Of a stretch of 51,631 nucleotides of DNA, positions 26,738 to 36,716 are shown one piece after another (the stretch's first letter is position 1; the number at the start of each line of letters is the position of its first letter). Under the pieces are notes generated by a model. The model saw nothing but the letters and a program-made list of their open reading frames with translations. It searched no databases and was not told the origin of the DNA. The position numbers and the translations under genes were made by a program. This DNA comes from a virus (taxonomy: Duplodnaviria; Caudoviricetes): IMG/VR virus record IMGVR_UViG_3300048849_000172, positions 1-51,631 of that record, one strand, 5' to 3'.

Positions 26738-27166
26738 ATGGCGAAGCTTTCGACATTCAAGACCAATTCCCGCGCCCTCAAGGAGGGCGAGTGGGTCCGC
26801 CCCGGCGAGGAATACGGCGATCTGGAGATCCTGACCCGGGGCCTCACCGACACCTATTTCGACGCCCAGGCTGCCCGGCAGCGGCGCGCGGCCGTCGGCT
26901 TCGGCGGGAATGTCGATAAGCTGCCGGTGGCCATCCGGCGCGCCATCAACCTGGACCTGCTGATCGAGCATGTGGTCCTCGACGTGCGGAACCTGGAGCA
27001 CGACGACGGCACGAAGGTCACCTTTGACCAGTTCACGCAGATGCTGCGCGACCCGGACTATGCGGAGCTGGCCACAGCCTGCTTTGCCGCAGCCTCGCTG
27101 GTCGGCCGGCGCCGGGCAGTGGACGTCGAGGACGCCGTCCCTTCCTCCGCCGCGCCCTCCGTCTGA
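26738..27166 (+). CDS. Tail assembly chaperone (gpG-like)
   Basis: Position; EGEWV pattern; AGGA RBS. Confidence 0.75.
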   Translation: MAKLSTFKTNSRALKEGEWVRPGEEYGDLEILTRGLTDTYFDAQAARQRRAAVGFGGNVDKLPVAIRRAINLDLLIEHVVLDVRNLEHDDGTKVTFDQFTQMLRDPDYAELATACFAAASLVGRRRAVDVEDAVPSSAAPSV

Positions 27167-27501
27167 CCTTGGACTGGGGGCCGCACAGGGCCTTTCTCGA
27201 AACCCTGCCGGAAGAGGACCGGCCACCACCGCCAGAGGTGCCGGACTGGCTCAACTGGGTTTGGCGGGCCTGGAACCGCTTGCATGACGAGCGGCCCAGC
27301 ACGGTCACTGGCTTTGCGGTGCCGATGGGCGCCATGAGGCTCACCTCCCGGCCGGGACGCATCCCCTGGACGGCGGTTCAACGCTGGTGCCAGCACCACG
27401 GGCTTGGGAGGGACGACATGGCTTTCCTCGACCGCTGCATTGGCGAGATGGACGCGGAGTATCTCGCCTGGTGGGGCGAGCGGCAGGCCTCGGTCGGATG
27501 A
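27139..27501 (+). CDS. Tail assembly chaperone extension (gpGT-like, -1 frame)
   Basis: W..W..L...R...IPWTAV..WC...MDAEYL; lacks RBS; open -1 frame overlaps gpG end. Confidence 0.65.
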   Translation, partial: PFLRRALRLTLDWGPHRAFLETLPEEDRPPPPEVPDWLNWVWRAWNRLHDERPSTVTGFAVPMGAMRLTSRPGRIPWTAVQRWCQHHGLGRDDMAFLDRCIGEMDAEYLAWWGERQASVG

Positions 27502-28151
27502 GCGGTGCCTTTCGCCGGTCGGTCAGCGTCTTCGTCAACCAGAACCTGACGCCGGCCGCGCAGTCCGCGGCTCTGGCCCGGACAGCGATCGAGGGGCGGC
27601 AGGAACTGATCCGGACGGGGAGGGCGCCCGACAACTACCGGACCCTCGTCGACGGGCGGGAAGGGGTGCCAGAGGCGCAGGTCAAGCCGCAGGGCATGAT
27701 CGTCTACCGCTTCAACCTCTTGGGCGAGGCGGCGGTCTTTGCGCTGGGATTTCTCCGGGCCCGGTCACCGGTCCGCGGGGGGAAGTTCCGGGACAGCTTC
27801 TGGGCGGCGGTGGACGGGCGGCCGTTTTCGCTAAAGACTTTCGACCCTCAGCAGGTCGGCGGGGCGACAGAGGTCATCATCTACAACACGCAGCCCTACA
27901 GCCGCAGGGTCCAGGTCCAGTTCGACGGCTCCCGGCGCCTCCGCTTCAGTGTGCCGCCGGACATGTTCGGGGATGCGATGATGGCGGTGCGGCGCCGGTT
28001 CCCGACCCTCGACGCCTCGCAGTTCTATCGCATCCAGGCGCCAGGCTCGAACAACGGCGGGCAGGGGCCAGGGCTCTACACGCTCAAGAACGGGCGCCGG
28101 GCCGGCAAGGCAGTGGATAGCCCGGCGCTGGTGATCTCGGTGAGGACATGA
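27498..28151 (+). CDS. Tail completion/neck-like protein (HK97 gp10-like)
   Basis: RSPVRGGKFRDS and NTQPYSRR motifs. Confidence 0.65.
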   Translation: MSGAFRRSVSVFVNQNLTPAAQSAALARTAIEGRQELIRTGRAPDNYRTLVDGREGVPEAQVKPQGMIVYRFNLLGEAAVFALGFLRARSPVRGGKFRDSFWAAVDGRPFSLKTFDPQQVGGATEVIIYNTQPYSRRVQVQFDGSRRLRFSVPPDMFGDAMMAVRRRFPTLDASQFYRIQAPGSNNGGQGPGLYTLKNGRRAGKAVDSPALVISVRT

Positions 28152-28675
28152 CGAGGGGCTTGGGGAATCCGGAGTGCGAGCCTATCCTCAGGGGTATGGC
28201 TGCCGTCGCCGAACTCTTCGCCCCTTTTCAGCAGGCCTTCTCTCGCGGCCAGCGGCGCGGCGGGCTGACCCTTTCTCCGGAAGCTCTGCAAGTAGTTCGT
28301 GACCATCTTCCCGAATTCCGCGAGGAATCGGAGGAGTTGATTCAGCAGTCTAAGAGGCTGGCGGAAGATCTGAGAGCTCAGCCCGAGCCAGCATTAGTTT
28401 ATGCACTTGCGGACGAGGTTATCGAAAGTCTTGAGGCGGTGGAGGCCAGATCAGCCGAAGGCTTGAGGACGCTGGAGGCGCATCGGCGGCGCGGTTTTTC
28501 TGGTGAATCGCTCATCTATCTAGAAGAGATCATTGCCCTAGCATCTCGGGTCGCAGAAGCGGCCCGGGACGCCCGATGGATTGTCATGGCGGAACGCGCG
28601 AAGGCGCGCCCCCCCGAGGATCTGTTGCCAGCTATGAGCATCGGAGAACTCCGGAAACTGGTGGCCGCGCGCTAA
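28148..28675 (+). CDS. Putative antitoxin / TA partner
   Basis: Helical acidic protein abutting RelE-like gene; ends MSIGELRKL. Confidence 0.5.
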   Translation: MTRGLGNPECEPILRGMAAVAELFAPFQQAFSRGQRRGGLTLSPEALQVVRDHLPEFREESEELIQQSKRLAEDLRAQPEPALVYALADEVIESLEAVEARSAEGLRTLEAHRRRGFSGESLIYLEEIIALASRVAEAARDARWIVMAERAKARPPEDLLPAMSIGELRKLVAAR

Positions 28676-28948
28676 GTGGCTGCGTGGATGCCGGCAAAGT
28701 CCTTTCTCAAGGATGTTCAGAAACTGGACCGTAAAGATCAGGAAAAGGTTTGGAAGGCAGTCCAAAAGTTTACCCATAATCATTCTTTGCCGGGCCTTAA
28801 CTTCGAAAAACTCGCCGGTTACGAAAACCTTTGGTCTATACGGGCGGATATTAGTCTTAGGATTTTGCTGTCGCGCACAGATAGCGACGGGGACGTCGTG
28901 TGGTTTTTAGAAGGTGTGGGGCCACACGACGTTTATCGGACTAGGTAG
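28676..28948 (+). CDS. RelE/ParE-superfamily toxin
   Basis: SFLKDVQKL...PGLNFEKL...LWSIR....RIL...VGPHDVY; AT-richer than flanks. Confidence 0.75.
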   Translation: MAAWMPAKSFLKDVQKLDRKDQEKVWKAVQKFTHNHSLPGLNFEKLAGYENLWSIRADISLRILLSRTDSDGDVVWFLEGVGPHDVYRTR

Positions 28949-28963
28949 GGCTGGTGATCTCGG

Positions 28964-29470
28964 TCAGGGGTTAGAGAAAGGCAGGTCTCTAGGAGCGTCG
29001 AATCCTCGATTTTGGGCGAGGCGGAGCATCTCTCGGTATGCTTCCTTGAAACCGTCAAGGGAGATCGAGGGACGAGTAAAACGGCTTCTACGATCATCCC
29101 ATAATTCGAAACGGATACGTGAGCCAGAAAGAAGGGACTGGAGGTACGGATAGGCCGCCTCTTTTGAGGCGAAAATGGGCGAGGTCCAAGGGCGAGCTTC
29201 ATCCACCCGCACCGCTCCCCGCCACCCGTTTTGCCCAGGATCAATGAGCCTCAATGCCGGCGTTGACCAGTTTCCATCGGAAACGCCCATTGTGACGTGG
29301 AAGGTGAAGGGGCGAGGAGAGCCATTGAGTATCGGATAAATCGACCAAATCCGACTATCCCGGACTTCATTGTACTCTTCGACTAGCCGCCCGTCTCGGA
29401 ACCGAGCGTCAGCTCGGGACTGCGGAATCAGGAGGGCAAAAAGCAAAGCAACAACAGCGATCCGACGCAT
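28964..29470 (-). CDS. Exported hypothetical protein (moron)
   Basis: Signal peptide MRRIAVVALLFALLIPQSRADA; C-terminal ISLDGFKEAY. Confidence 0.6.
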   Translation of the reverse strand: MRRIAVVALLFALLIPQSRADARFRDGRLVEEYNEVRDSRIWSIYPILNGSPRPFTFHVTMGVSDGNWSTPALRLIDPGQNGWRGAVRVDEARPWTSPIFASKEAAYPYLQSLLSGSRIRFELWDDRRSRFTRPSISLDGFKEAYREMLRLAQNRGFDAPRDLPFSNP

Positions 29471-29474
29471 GGGG

Positions 29475-29852
29475 CTATTCCTCGTCGCTTTTCTTGAGAC
29501 CAATTTTCGGTGTCGGACGTTTTGCTAGCTCTGGGTCTGAAGAAAAACCGCCGACGCCTCTGAATTCACTTAGCCATTGAAGTGCAGGCGGAAGACGTCC
29601 GTCGAAAGCGGCGGATAACTTATTGTAGACTGCTTCAATCACGCCCGCATAAACTGCGGATGTGGCCGCGAGAGATTGCTCGGCCCGCTTTACCGCAGTT
29701 AATAACTCTTGTGGTTCATCGCTGAAAGATTTCGTTATGCGGTCCACTAACTCTGCATTGATGGACCGATTGTTGGTTCGCGCAGCCTCTTCGACCTGCG
29801 CCTTAAGCTCGGCCGGCATGCGCAACATGAACTTGGGATCATCTCGGGCCAT
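29475..29852 (-). CDS. Arc/Mnt-family ribbon-helix-helix repressor
   Basis: MARDDPKFMLRMPAELK...NNRSINAELV. Confidence 0.92.
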   Translation of the reverse strand: MARDDPKFMLRMPAELKAQVEEAARTNNRSINAELVDRITKSFSDEPQELLTAVKRAEQSLAATSAVYAGVIEAVYNKLSAAFDGRLPPALQWLSEFRGVGGFSSDPELAKRPTPKIGLKKSDEE

Positions 29853-29854
29853 GC

Positions 29855-29932
29855 GTCACCGTGCCATCAAAGACGCTTGACGCCTATGAAGTCACGGTGC
29901 CATATACTTCATGATGTCACGGTGACATCATG
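29855..29932. promoter_or_regulatory. Divergent promoter region with three Arc/Mnt operators
   Basis: GTCACSGTGMCAT at 29855, 29891, 29916; 23-bp palindrome 29910-29932; TTGACG at 29877. Confidence 0.75.
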
Positions 29933-29942
29933 GGGTGAGGAG

Positions 29943-30149
29943 ATGATGGCGAAAGCTGCCGGATACCGGCTGACGTTGCGACTGCCGCCTGAGATGCAGG
30001 AGTGGATTTCGAGGCAGGCCAAGCAGGCCCACAGGACCTTGAATGGAGAGATTGTCGCCCGGCTGGAGCGGACGCGTTGGCAGGACGATCTAAATAGCCG
30101 CCCTCTCGGGGGCGGTCAGCCGGCGGCGGGGCAGGGGTCGCAAGCCTAG
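29943..30149 (+). CDS. Arc-family repressor
   Basis: LTLRLPPEM...HRTLNGEIVARL; GAGGAG RBS. Confidence 0.85.
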   Translation: MMAKAAGYRLTLRLPPEMQEWISRQAKQAHRTLNGEIVARLERTRWQDDLNSRPLGGGQPAAGQGSQA

Positions 30150-30213
30150 ACCCCGCCGACCGGCATCTCGCGCCCTAACCGCCCTGGCAGGCGGGGAAGG
30201 GCACCCACAATCG

Positions 30214-30882
30214 ATGGAAGGAACATCGACTATGAGTTCAGCGGAACATAAGGGCCTCGTGCCCGTGATGGAACAGGTGATTGGGGGCGTCCGGGTTCAG
30301 ACCGTGGATGCTCGGAACCTGCACGGCGCCCTGGGCGTCCGGAAGGACTTCACCAACTGGGCCAAGCAGCAGATCACCCGTCTGCGGCTTCACCCGGATC
30401 GGGATTATCGGGGGGAGGTTTACGCCCCGCAGGGCGAAAACCCCCAGGGCGGCCGCCCGACCACGTCCTACTGGTTCACCCTCGACGCCGCGAAGCACAT
30501 CGCCATGATGGCCAACACGGATCGGGGCTATGAAGTCCGGGAGTACTTCATTGAGTGCGAGCGGAAGGCGCACGGCGACCAGGGCGCCATTCGCCAGGGC
30601 ACCGTGAACCCGACGGGCGAGGTCATCGCCATGGACCCGGCCTGGGCGGCATGGCTGGCTTTGCCTCTGGAGGAGCGTCGGCAGCGGCACCGGGACGCCT
30701 TGGCCTACAAGCAGGCCGGCGGCGTAGTGATGATGCGCTGGGCCATGTGGAACCAGGGCTACGCCATCCCGCCGCGCTATATGCTCGGGGCGGTGGCTCA
30801 GTACGAGATGGAGTTGGCCAAGCGGCAGGAGCAACGGGGGGCCATCACCATCACGGTGCCCTATTCCGAGGGCACCCACTGA
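30214..30882 (+). CDS. ant: AntA/AntB-type antirepressor
   Basis: VDARNLH..LGV.KDFTNW...TLDAAKHIAMM...VREYFIECE; start may be ATG 30232. Confidence 0.88.
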   Translation: MEGTSTMSSAEHKGLVPVMEQVIGGVRVQTVDARNLHGALGVRKDFTNWAKQQITRLRLHPDRDYRGEVYAPQGENPQGGRPTTSYWFTLDAAKHIAMMANTDRGYEVREYFIECERKAHGDQGAIRQGTVNPTGEVIAMDPAWAAWLALPLEERRQRHRDALAYKQAGGVVMMRWAMWNQGYAIPPRYMLGAVAQYEMELAKRQEQRGAITITVPYSEGTH

Positions 30883-31247
30883 TGGCCGTCCTCTCTCGCC
30901 GGAACGTCATGACCGTGACGTCCATGCTCGCAGCGCGGGCGGTGCCGATCGCCGCAGCCATCGTGGCGGACCAATATCTGATGTGCCTGTGTGAAGAATG
31001 GATGGAGACCGAAGCCATTTTCGACAGGGAAGATGACGTGCCTCGGGACGAGCTGGGGGTGGCGATGGAGCGTCGCCGGCAGATCCGGGACACGCTTCGG
31101 AACCTCCCGGCAGAAACTGACCAGGGACGCCGCGCTGAGGCCCGCGTCCTGCTGACGGAACTGGCGGTCTATGGGTCCAGCGGGCCCTCTGAGCCGAGCC
31201 AGTATGTGGCTTGGTCCCTGGCGCAGGACATTCTGCGAGCCGGCTGA
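30882..31247 (+). CDS. Hypothetical protein
   Basis: TGATG coupling to ant; 121 aa. Confidence 0.55.
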   Translation: MAVLSRRNVMTVTSMLAARAVPIAAAIVADQYLMCLCEEWMETEAIFDREDDVPRDELGVAMERRRQIRDTLRNLPAETDQGRRAEARVLLTELAVYGSSGPSEPSQYVAWSLAQDILRAG

Positions 31248-31362
31248 CCGTCTAAGGGTATCAGCACTGCATATACCCTGAGGGGCCGCCCGGTGGCGGC
31301 CCTTCGCATTTTACAGGCGTCCCATCCGGGGCGCCCTTTTCATTTGGAGAGAAGGGGGACCG

Positions 31363-34300
31363 ATGGCGACTGTCAGCCAAGTCACCGAGGCCGTGTACCG
31401 GTCCCGCTTCGACGACCAGATGACCGCCGGGGCGAACGCTGCTGCCGCCGCTATGGACAAACTCGCGACGGCGGTTGAAGCGACCGAGGAGCGGGTCACC
31501 CGCTCGGAGCGGTCGGCCACCAGTTGGGTGCGGGCGAATGACGCCGTGACCCAGGCAGCCACCCGGGCGCAGAAGGCCAAGACCGATCTCGCCAATGCCG
31601 AGAAGGCCCTGGCCAACGATATGGCCGCCGGTGGCGAGAAGGCCGAGGCCGCGGGCCGGGCGCTCGACGCCTTGCGAGCCAAAGCGGAGCAGGCCGAGGC
31701 CAAGTCGCGGGCCCTGTCTGCTTCCTTTGCCGCTGCGGGCTCGGCCGCAAGCGCGTCGAACGCCCACATGGCGACGTTTGCCAGCGCCAATGACAACGCA
31801 GCGAACCGGGCTGACCGGCTTCGCGGTGTGCTGGGGCAAGCCGGCTTCCAGGTTCAGGACTTTGCGACCCAGGTTGCCATGGGCGGAAACGCCCTTCAGG
31901 CAGCAGGTGTGCAGGGCGCACAGCTCCTTGGGATGTTTGGGCCGACCGGGGCGATTGCTGGTGCGGTGCTCATGGTGGGCACGCTGGCAGCCCAGTTCCT
32001 GACAGCCGGCAGCAACGCTGATGTAGCGAAGACCAAGGGACAGGAAGCCTTGGACGCCATGGCGAAGAGTGGCAAGGAGACCGCCGCAGTCCTGCGCGAC
32101 ATCAACGCCCTGTTTCTCACGGCGGGGCAGCGCGCGGCGGCGCTGGCAAATGCGCAGCAGTCCGAGCTTCAGACGCGCACCCAGTCGCGCCTCGCTGAGC
32201 TGTCCGCCGGCCGCCAAGAGTTGGGGCGGCGGATCGCGGAGGAACAGCAGTACCTTACTGACATCAACCTGCCGAACGGGCCCTACTATCGGGCGGAGAG
32301 CAATGCCGACCGCAACCGCGAGGCCGAGGCGATCCTGCGGCTCCGGGAGCTGCGCTCGCAGGTGCAGTCGGCCGATCGCGAGATTGACCAGCTACAGCAG
32401 TCGTTAAGGCGCCTGGATAACGCTGGCCAAGTCGGCGTTGAGCAGTTCGGACCTGACGCCCCCGCGGGACTGCCGGGCAGCATTGACGAGCTACGGCGCC
32501 AAGTGGATCAGCGCACGACCATTCTTGAGCAGTTCCAGCAGCGCAAGAACCTGATCGACGTCAACCTGAGCCGTGGTGATATCGGTCAGGCCGAGGCTTC
32601 CCGTCTGGTCGGAATGGCCGAGAAGGAGCGGGACGACGGTCTGCGTCGACTGACTGAAACCTCCGGCCGCATGACGGTGGCTCAGCGAGAGGCGAACAAG
32701 GAACTCCAGTTCCAGCTTCAGCTTGAGAACGAGATCTACGACACGGCTCGGCGCACCGCCTCAGGGCTGGACAGCTACAACCGAGGAGACGACCTGGCCA
32801 TCCGGTTCGCGCAGGCCAACATCAAACGTGCCGGCCTTGATCCTGACGACATTGAAAAGGCTGCAAAGGAGGCTCAGCGCGCATCCGATGCTGCCTACAA
32901 GGACCAGCAGCGCAAAGCCGAGGCCACTTACGACCGGATCGCCGATTATGCCGGCAATGCCTTTGCTGACATGTTCCTCAACACTGAGGGCGGCTGGAAG
33001 CAGACCATGGCGAACCTGGAAAGGATGGCGATTGCCACCTTCGCCAAGATCGCCTTCGAGGCGGCGGCCCGGCCCATTATCATGCCGGTGGTGCAGGCGT
33101 TCACGGGGACCAGCGCAGTCGGAACGGCGGCGAGCGTTGCTGGACAGGCGAGTGGTGCGACGTCAGCCACAACTCTCGCAGGAGGTGGCACCAGCCTCAT
33201 CGGGTACGGCCGACAGGTCAGCGGGCTCTTCGACAGCAGCTTCTTCGGCGGCAGCCAGAATTTCCAGAGCGGCTTCATCGGCACCGCGGACCGCTACCTC
33301 AACACGAACGTGGCAGGGTTCCTCGACCGGCCACTTTATACCGTGGGCGGGGAAGCCATTCCGCTTGGGGCCGACCCGATCGCGGCCAGCTATGCCCAGC
33401 CCGGCGTGGACGTCTCCATCGGCCAAGCGGCCGGCGGCGCGCTCGGCGTGGCCGGCGGCCTCTACGGCATCTATTCCGGCATTCAGACCGGCGGCGCGAA
33501 GGGCTGGGCCCAGGGGGCGAGCGGCGCAGCGGCAACGGCGGGCGGCGCGGCCATCCTTGCGGGCGGGTCGGCCGCGGGAGGCGTGATCGCGGCTACGGCA
33601 GCCTGGGCTCCCTACATCGCTGCCATCGCCGCCCTCGTGGCGATGTTCCTTCCCGGCCAGAAGCCCTCGGACAAGACCGGCACCGCGCTGCTCAACACCG
33701 CGACCGGGGACATGCTGGCGGGCGGCCTGAGCGGCGACAGATACAGTCAGGAGAACCGTGATGCTGCGGCCTCCATGGCGGACACGGTCAAGCAGTTCGC
33801 GAGCCAGATGAGCAGTTCCTACGGGATCACGCCCTATGGCCAGTACATCGTCGGCGTTGGCGCCCGGGACGGCATGTTCTGGCAGACCAGCGAGCGGCAC
33901 GAGTACGGTTCCGATGAAGCCTCCGCCCAGCAGATGATGCGAGACATCACCCGCGACCTGCTGGAGCAGAACGCCTGGCAGCTCCAGGGCAATCTGCGCA
34001 CGACCTACAACACAGTCGGCACGGGCGACATCGACAAGCTGCTCCAGGCGCTGGACTGGACGAACACGACCTACAAGGCGTTCCAGGAGAACGCTGACCC
34101 CGAGAAGCCAACCCAGTTCGCGCAGTCGCTGAAGCAGATCACGGACGCCTATGGCCCGCTGATTGCCAAGGCCCAGGAATATGGGCTGGCGCTGGAACCG
34201 ATCGCGGACGCGCAGCAGGAGCAGATCAACAAGCTGATCGACGCCCGCAGCCTTCAGTTCAATCAGATGATCGCGGGCTACAATCTCACAGCGGCGCAGC

Positions 34301-35004
34301 TCCGCGGCGATACTGGCACCACGCTGGCCCTGCAGCTCCAGCAGTTCGACCTGCAGCGGGCGTCGGACAGCACGGCGCTGGTGGACCAGGTCAAAGATCT
34401 GGGGCTCGGCCAGGAGCAGATCGCGATTGCCCTCTCCGCCTTCAACGAGGTGAAGGATCTGCAGCGCCAGGCGGTCATCGACCAGTCTGCTGCGGCGAAG
34501 GCCCAGCAGGAGGCCGCGGCGGCGCAGGAAGAGAGCACCCGGCTCGGCTACGAGCGGAACGCGCTCCAGACCCTGGCCTCGCAAAGTGGCGTCCTGACCT
34601 CGTTCCTCGACCAGCTCGCGACAAACGACAACGCCAGCCCGCAGAATGCCTTCCTGGCGGCTCAGGAGCAGTTCGGCCGGGCACTGGCGGCGGCGCGCGG
34701 CGGCCAGGCCGACACGGCGGACCTAAGCGGCCTCACCGGTGCGGCTGGCACGCTGCTGAACGCAACCAGCTCCTTCTACGGCGACGGCGCGCAGGCGGCG
34801 GCGATCCGCTCGGGCGTGGTCAGCCAACTCACTTCGGTCGGTGCCGACCTCGGCCTGCCCGGCTTCAGCGACCGTTGGGACGCCACGGCAGACCGCCTCA
34901 TCGCGGCGCAGAGCGATGTGGCCCTGCAGAACCAGAACCTCGCGGCAGAGATGGCCGCTCTCCGCGAGGAGTTCCGCTCCTGGCGCATTAGGCAGGCTGC
35001 CTGA
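31363..35004 (+). CDS. Tail tape measure protein
   Basis: 1213 aa Ala/Gln-rich helical; GFQVQDFATQV...QGAQLLG motif. Confidence 0.92.
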   Translation: MATVSQVTEAVYRSRFDDQMTAGANAAAAAMDKLATAVEATEERVTRSERSATSWVRANDAVTQAATRAQKAKTDLANAEKALANDMAAGGEKAEAAGRALDALRAKAEQAEAKSRALSASFAAAGSAASASNAHMATFASANDNAANRADRLRGVLGQAGFQVQDFATQVAMGGNALQAAGVQGAQLLGMFGPTGAIAGAVLMVGTLAAQFLTAGSNADVAKTKGQEALDAMAKSGKETAAVLRDINALFLTAGQRAAALANAQQSELQTRTQSRLAELSAGRQELGRRIAEEQQYLTDINLPNGPYYRAESNADRNREAEAILRLRELRSQVQSADREIDQLQQSLRRLDNAGQVGVEQFGPDAPAGLPGSIDELRRQVDQRTTILEQFQQRKNLIDVNLSRGDIGQAEASRLVGMAEKERDDGLRRLTETSGRMTVAQREANKELQFQLQLENEIYDTARRTASGLDSYNRGDDLAIRFAQANIKRAGLDPDDIEKAAKEAQRASDAAYKDQQRKAEATYDRIADYAGNAFADMFLNTEGGWKQTMANLERMAIATFAKIAFEAAARPIIMPVVQAFTGTSAVGTAASVAGQASGATSATTLAGGGTSLIGYGRQVSGLFDSSFFGGSQNFQSGFIGTADRYLNTNVAGFLDRPLYTVGGEAIPLGADPIAASYAQPGVDVSIGQAAGGALGVAGGLYGIYSGIQTGGAKGWAQGASGAAATAGGAAILAGGSAAGGVIAATAAWAPYIAAIAALVAMFLPGQKPSDKTGTALLNTATGDMLAGGLSGDRYSQENRDAAASMADTVKQFASQMSSSYGITPYGQYIVGVGARDGMFWQTSERHEYGSDEASAQQMMRDITRDLLEQNAWQLQGNLRTTYNTVGTGDIDKLLQALDWTNTTYKAFQENADPEKPTQFAQSLKQITDAYGPLIAKAQEYGLALEPIADAQQEQINKLIDARSLQFNQMIAGYNLTAAQLRGDTGTTLALQLQQFDLQRASDSTALVDQVKDLGLGQEQIAIALSAFNEVKDLQRQAVIDQSAAAKAQQEAAAAQEESTRLGYERNALQTLASQSGVLTSFLDQLATNDNASPQNAFLAAQEQFGRALAAARGGQADTADLSGLTGAAGTLLNATSSFYGDGAQAAAIRSGVVSQLTSVGADLGLPGFSDRWDATADRLIAAQSDVALQNQNLAAEMAALREEFRSWRIRQAA

Positions 35005-36713
35005 TGCTCGCCCAAGCTCCCATTGCCGCGGCGCCCAATGCCGCGCTCTGGCGCCGCTCCATCGCCGCGCCTGAACCGGGCAAGGTGCTGGTGGGGCAGG
35101 GGGCGGCCGATCCGGTCTGGGGCATTGCCGTTCAGCGCCCGGCCGCCGGCGGCATGCCGCGCGCGCCGATCGGGATAGTGGGCGCGCTGCCGATCGCGGC
35201 CCGGTCCATGCCGGCCGGGGTCGATCAGGGCATCCCGGTGATCCGCTACAGCGACCGCGGCTGGCTCGGGGAGCCGGGCGACGCGCTGGCTCCGAACGAG
35301 GCCTGGCCGGCGCGGCTTCTGGAACCGCCCGCGATCGAGCGGGCCATTCCGATCTACCCGACTGAGGCCCGCCGCTCAGAGGTGAATGCGGGCGAGATTA
35401 CGCTCGCGAACGGCGATGGCGCGCTGGACGTGCTGACGACGGACTGGCGCTTGGCCGGCCGGGCCATTGAGATTCTGCGCGGGCCGTACCGCTCCCCGGT
35501 TCGGGCGGCGCGATCGGAATTCGCCACCATCGGCACCTTTCGGATTACGCGTTTGGCGCAGGGTAGCGCCAAGCTGCAGATGCCCCTGGCCAGCGCCGCG
35601 GCCGACCTGACCATGGCCGTCTCGCCCACCTATGGCGGCACGGGAGGACAAGACGGCACCGAGGCTATGGCGGGCCAGAACCAGCCTGTCCGATATGGCA
35701 TCCACCGGAACGTCAGCCCCGTACAGGCCGCCCCGAACCTGCTGGGCTACCATCTGCACACCGGGCGCATCTCGGCCGTCCTGGCGATCCGGGCACGCGG
35801 CGCGGCGGTGTCCTTCGCCGGCGACTACCCGGATTGGGAGAGCTTCGCCGCAGCCGTGGTCGCGGCCGGGACATACATCACCTGCCTGGCTCTTGGGTGG
35901 ATCAGGCTGGGCAACCAGACGGCTTCGCTCACGGTGGACTTTCGCGGTGCGGCACCGGACGGCTACGGCTACCTCGGCACAGCAGCGGGGATCGCGGCTC
36001 ATCTGCTGCGCACTGCAGGCGGCGTCACGCCGGATCGTGCGGCGCCCGAGAGCTTCTATGACTGGCCAGTGGGTGAGGTGAGGCTGGACGCCACAGGCCA
36101 GACCGTCGCCCAGGCGCTTGAGGACCTTGCGGCTGGCGTTGGTGGCTGGTGGGGCGCAGATGCCGCGGGCCGGTTCCGGGGGTCCGCTCTCCAGCGCCCC
36201 GAGGATGGCGGCGCCGGTATCGTACTCGCCCCCTGGATGCTCGCCAGTCCGCCGCAGGAGGTGCAGGCGGCGCTGCCGCCCTGGTACCGGGTGCGAGTAG
36301 CCTATCAGGTGCTCGGCACGACACAGGTTGGCGCCGACCTGGCCGATAATGTTCCGGCCGCTGACAGGGCCTATTTCGGCCAACCCTACCAGATCGCGAC
36401 GCAGATCGACACGGGCGTGCAGAGCGCCTTTCCGGGCGCCACGGACGGCCCGCTGGTGCAGAGCGCCTTCGATGACGTGGCGGACGCTGATGCCCTTGCG
36501 CTGCGGCTGCTGGAGCTGTTCGGCAAGGCGCGGCGGAGCTGGCAGGCGGTGATCCGCTCCGACCACGCCTGGCGCTTCTGGGGCGTGCTGGATCCGGGGC
36601 AATTGGTCCGGCTGACCTGGCCGAACATCGCGGCGCTGCGCGACGGCCGCACCATGGTCCTGCGTGGCTACTCGGCCCGCGGCGACCGGCTGACCTTGGA
36701 CCTCTGGGGGTAG
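35004..36713 (+). CDS. Tail tip / hub protein
   Basis: Follows TMP; GEITLANGDG.LD and P.RYG..RNVSP. Confidence 0.7.
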   Translation: MLAQAPIAAAPNAALWRRSIAAPEPGKVLVGQGAADPVWGIAVQRPAAGGMPRAPIGIVGALPIAARSMPAGVDQGIPVIRYSDRGWLGEPGDALAPNEAWPARLLEPPAIERAIPIYPTEARRSEVNAGEITLANGDGALDVLTTDWRLAGRAIEILRGPYRSPVRAARSEFATIGTFRITRLAQGSAKLQMPLASAAADLTMAVSPTYGGTGGQDGTEAMAGQNQPVRYGIHRNVSPVQAAPNLLGYHLHTGRISAVLAIRARGAAVSFAGDYPDWESFAAAVVAAGTYITCLALGWIRLGNQTASLTVDFRGAAPDGYGYLGTAAGIAAHLLRTAGGVTPDRAAPESFYDWPVGEVRLDATGQTVAQALEDLAAGVGGWWGADAAGRFRGSALQRPEDGGAGIVLAPWMLASPPQEVQAALPPWYRVRVAYQVLGTTQVGADLADNVPAADRAYFGQPYQIATQIDTGVQSAFPGATDGPLVQSAFDDVADADALALRLLELFGKARRSWQAVIRSDHAWRFWGVLDPGQLVRLTWPNIAALRDGRTMVLRGYSARGDRLTLDLWG

Positions 36714-36716
36714 ATC

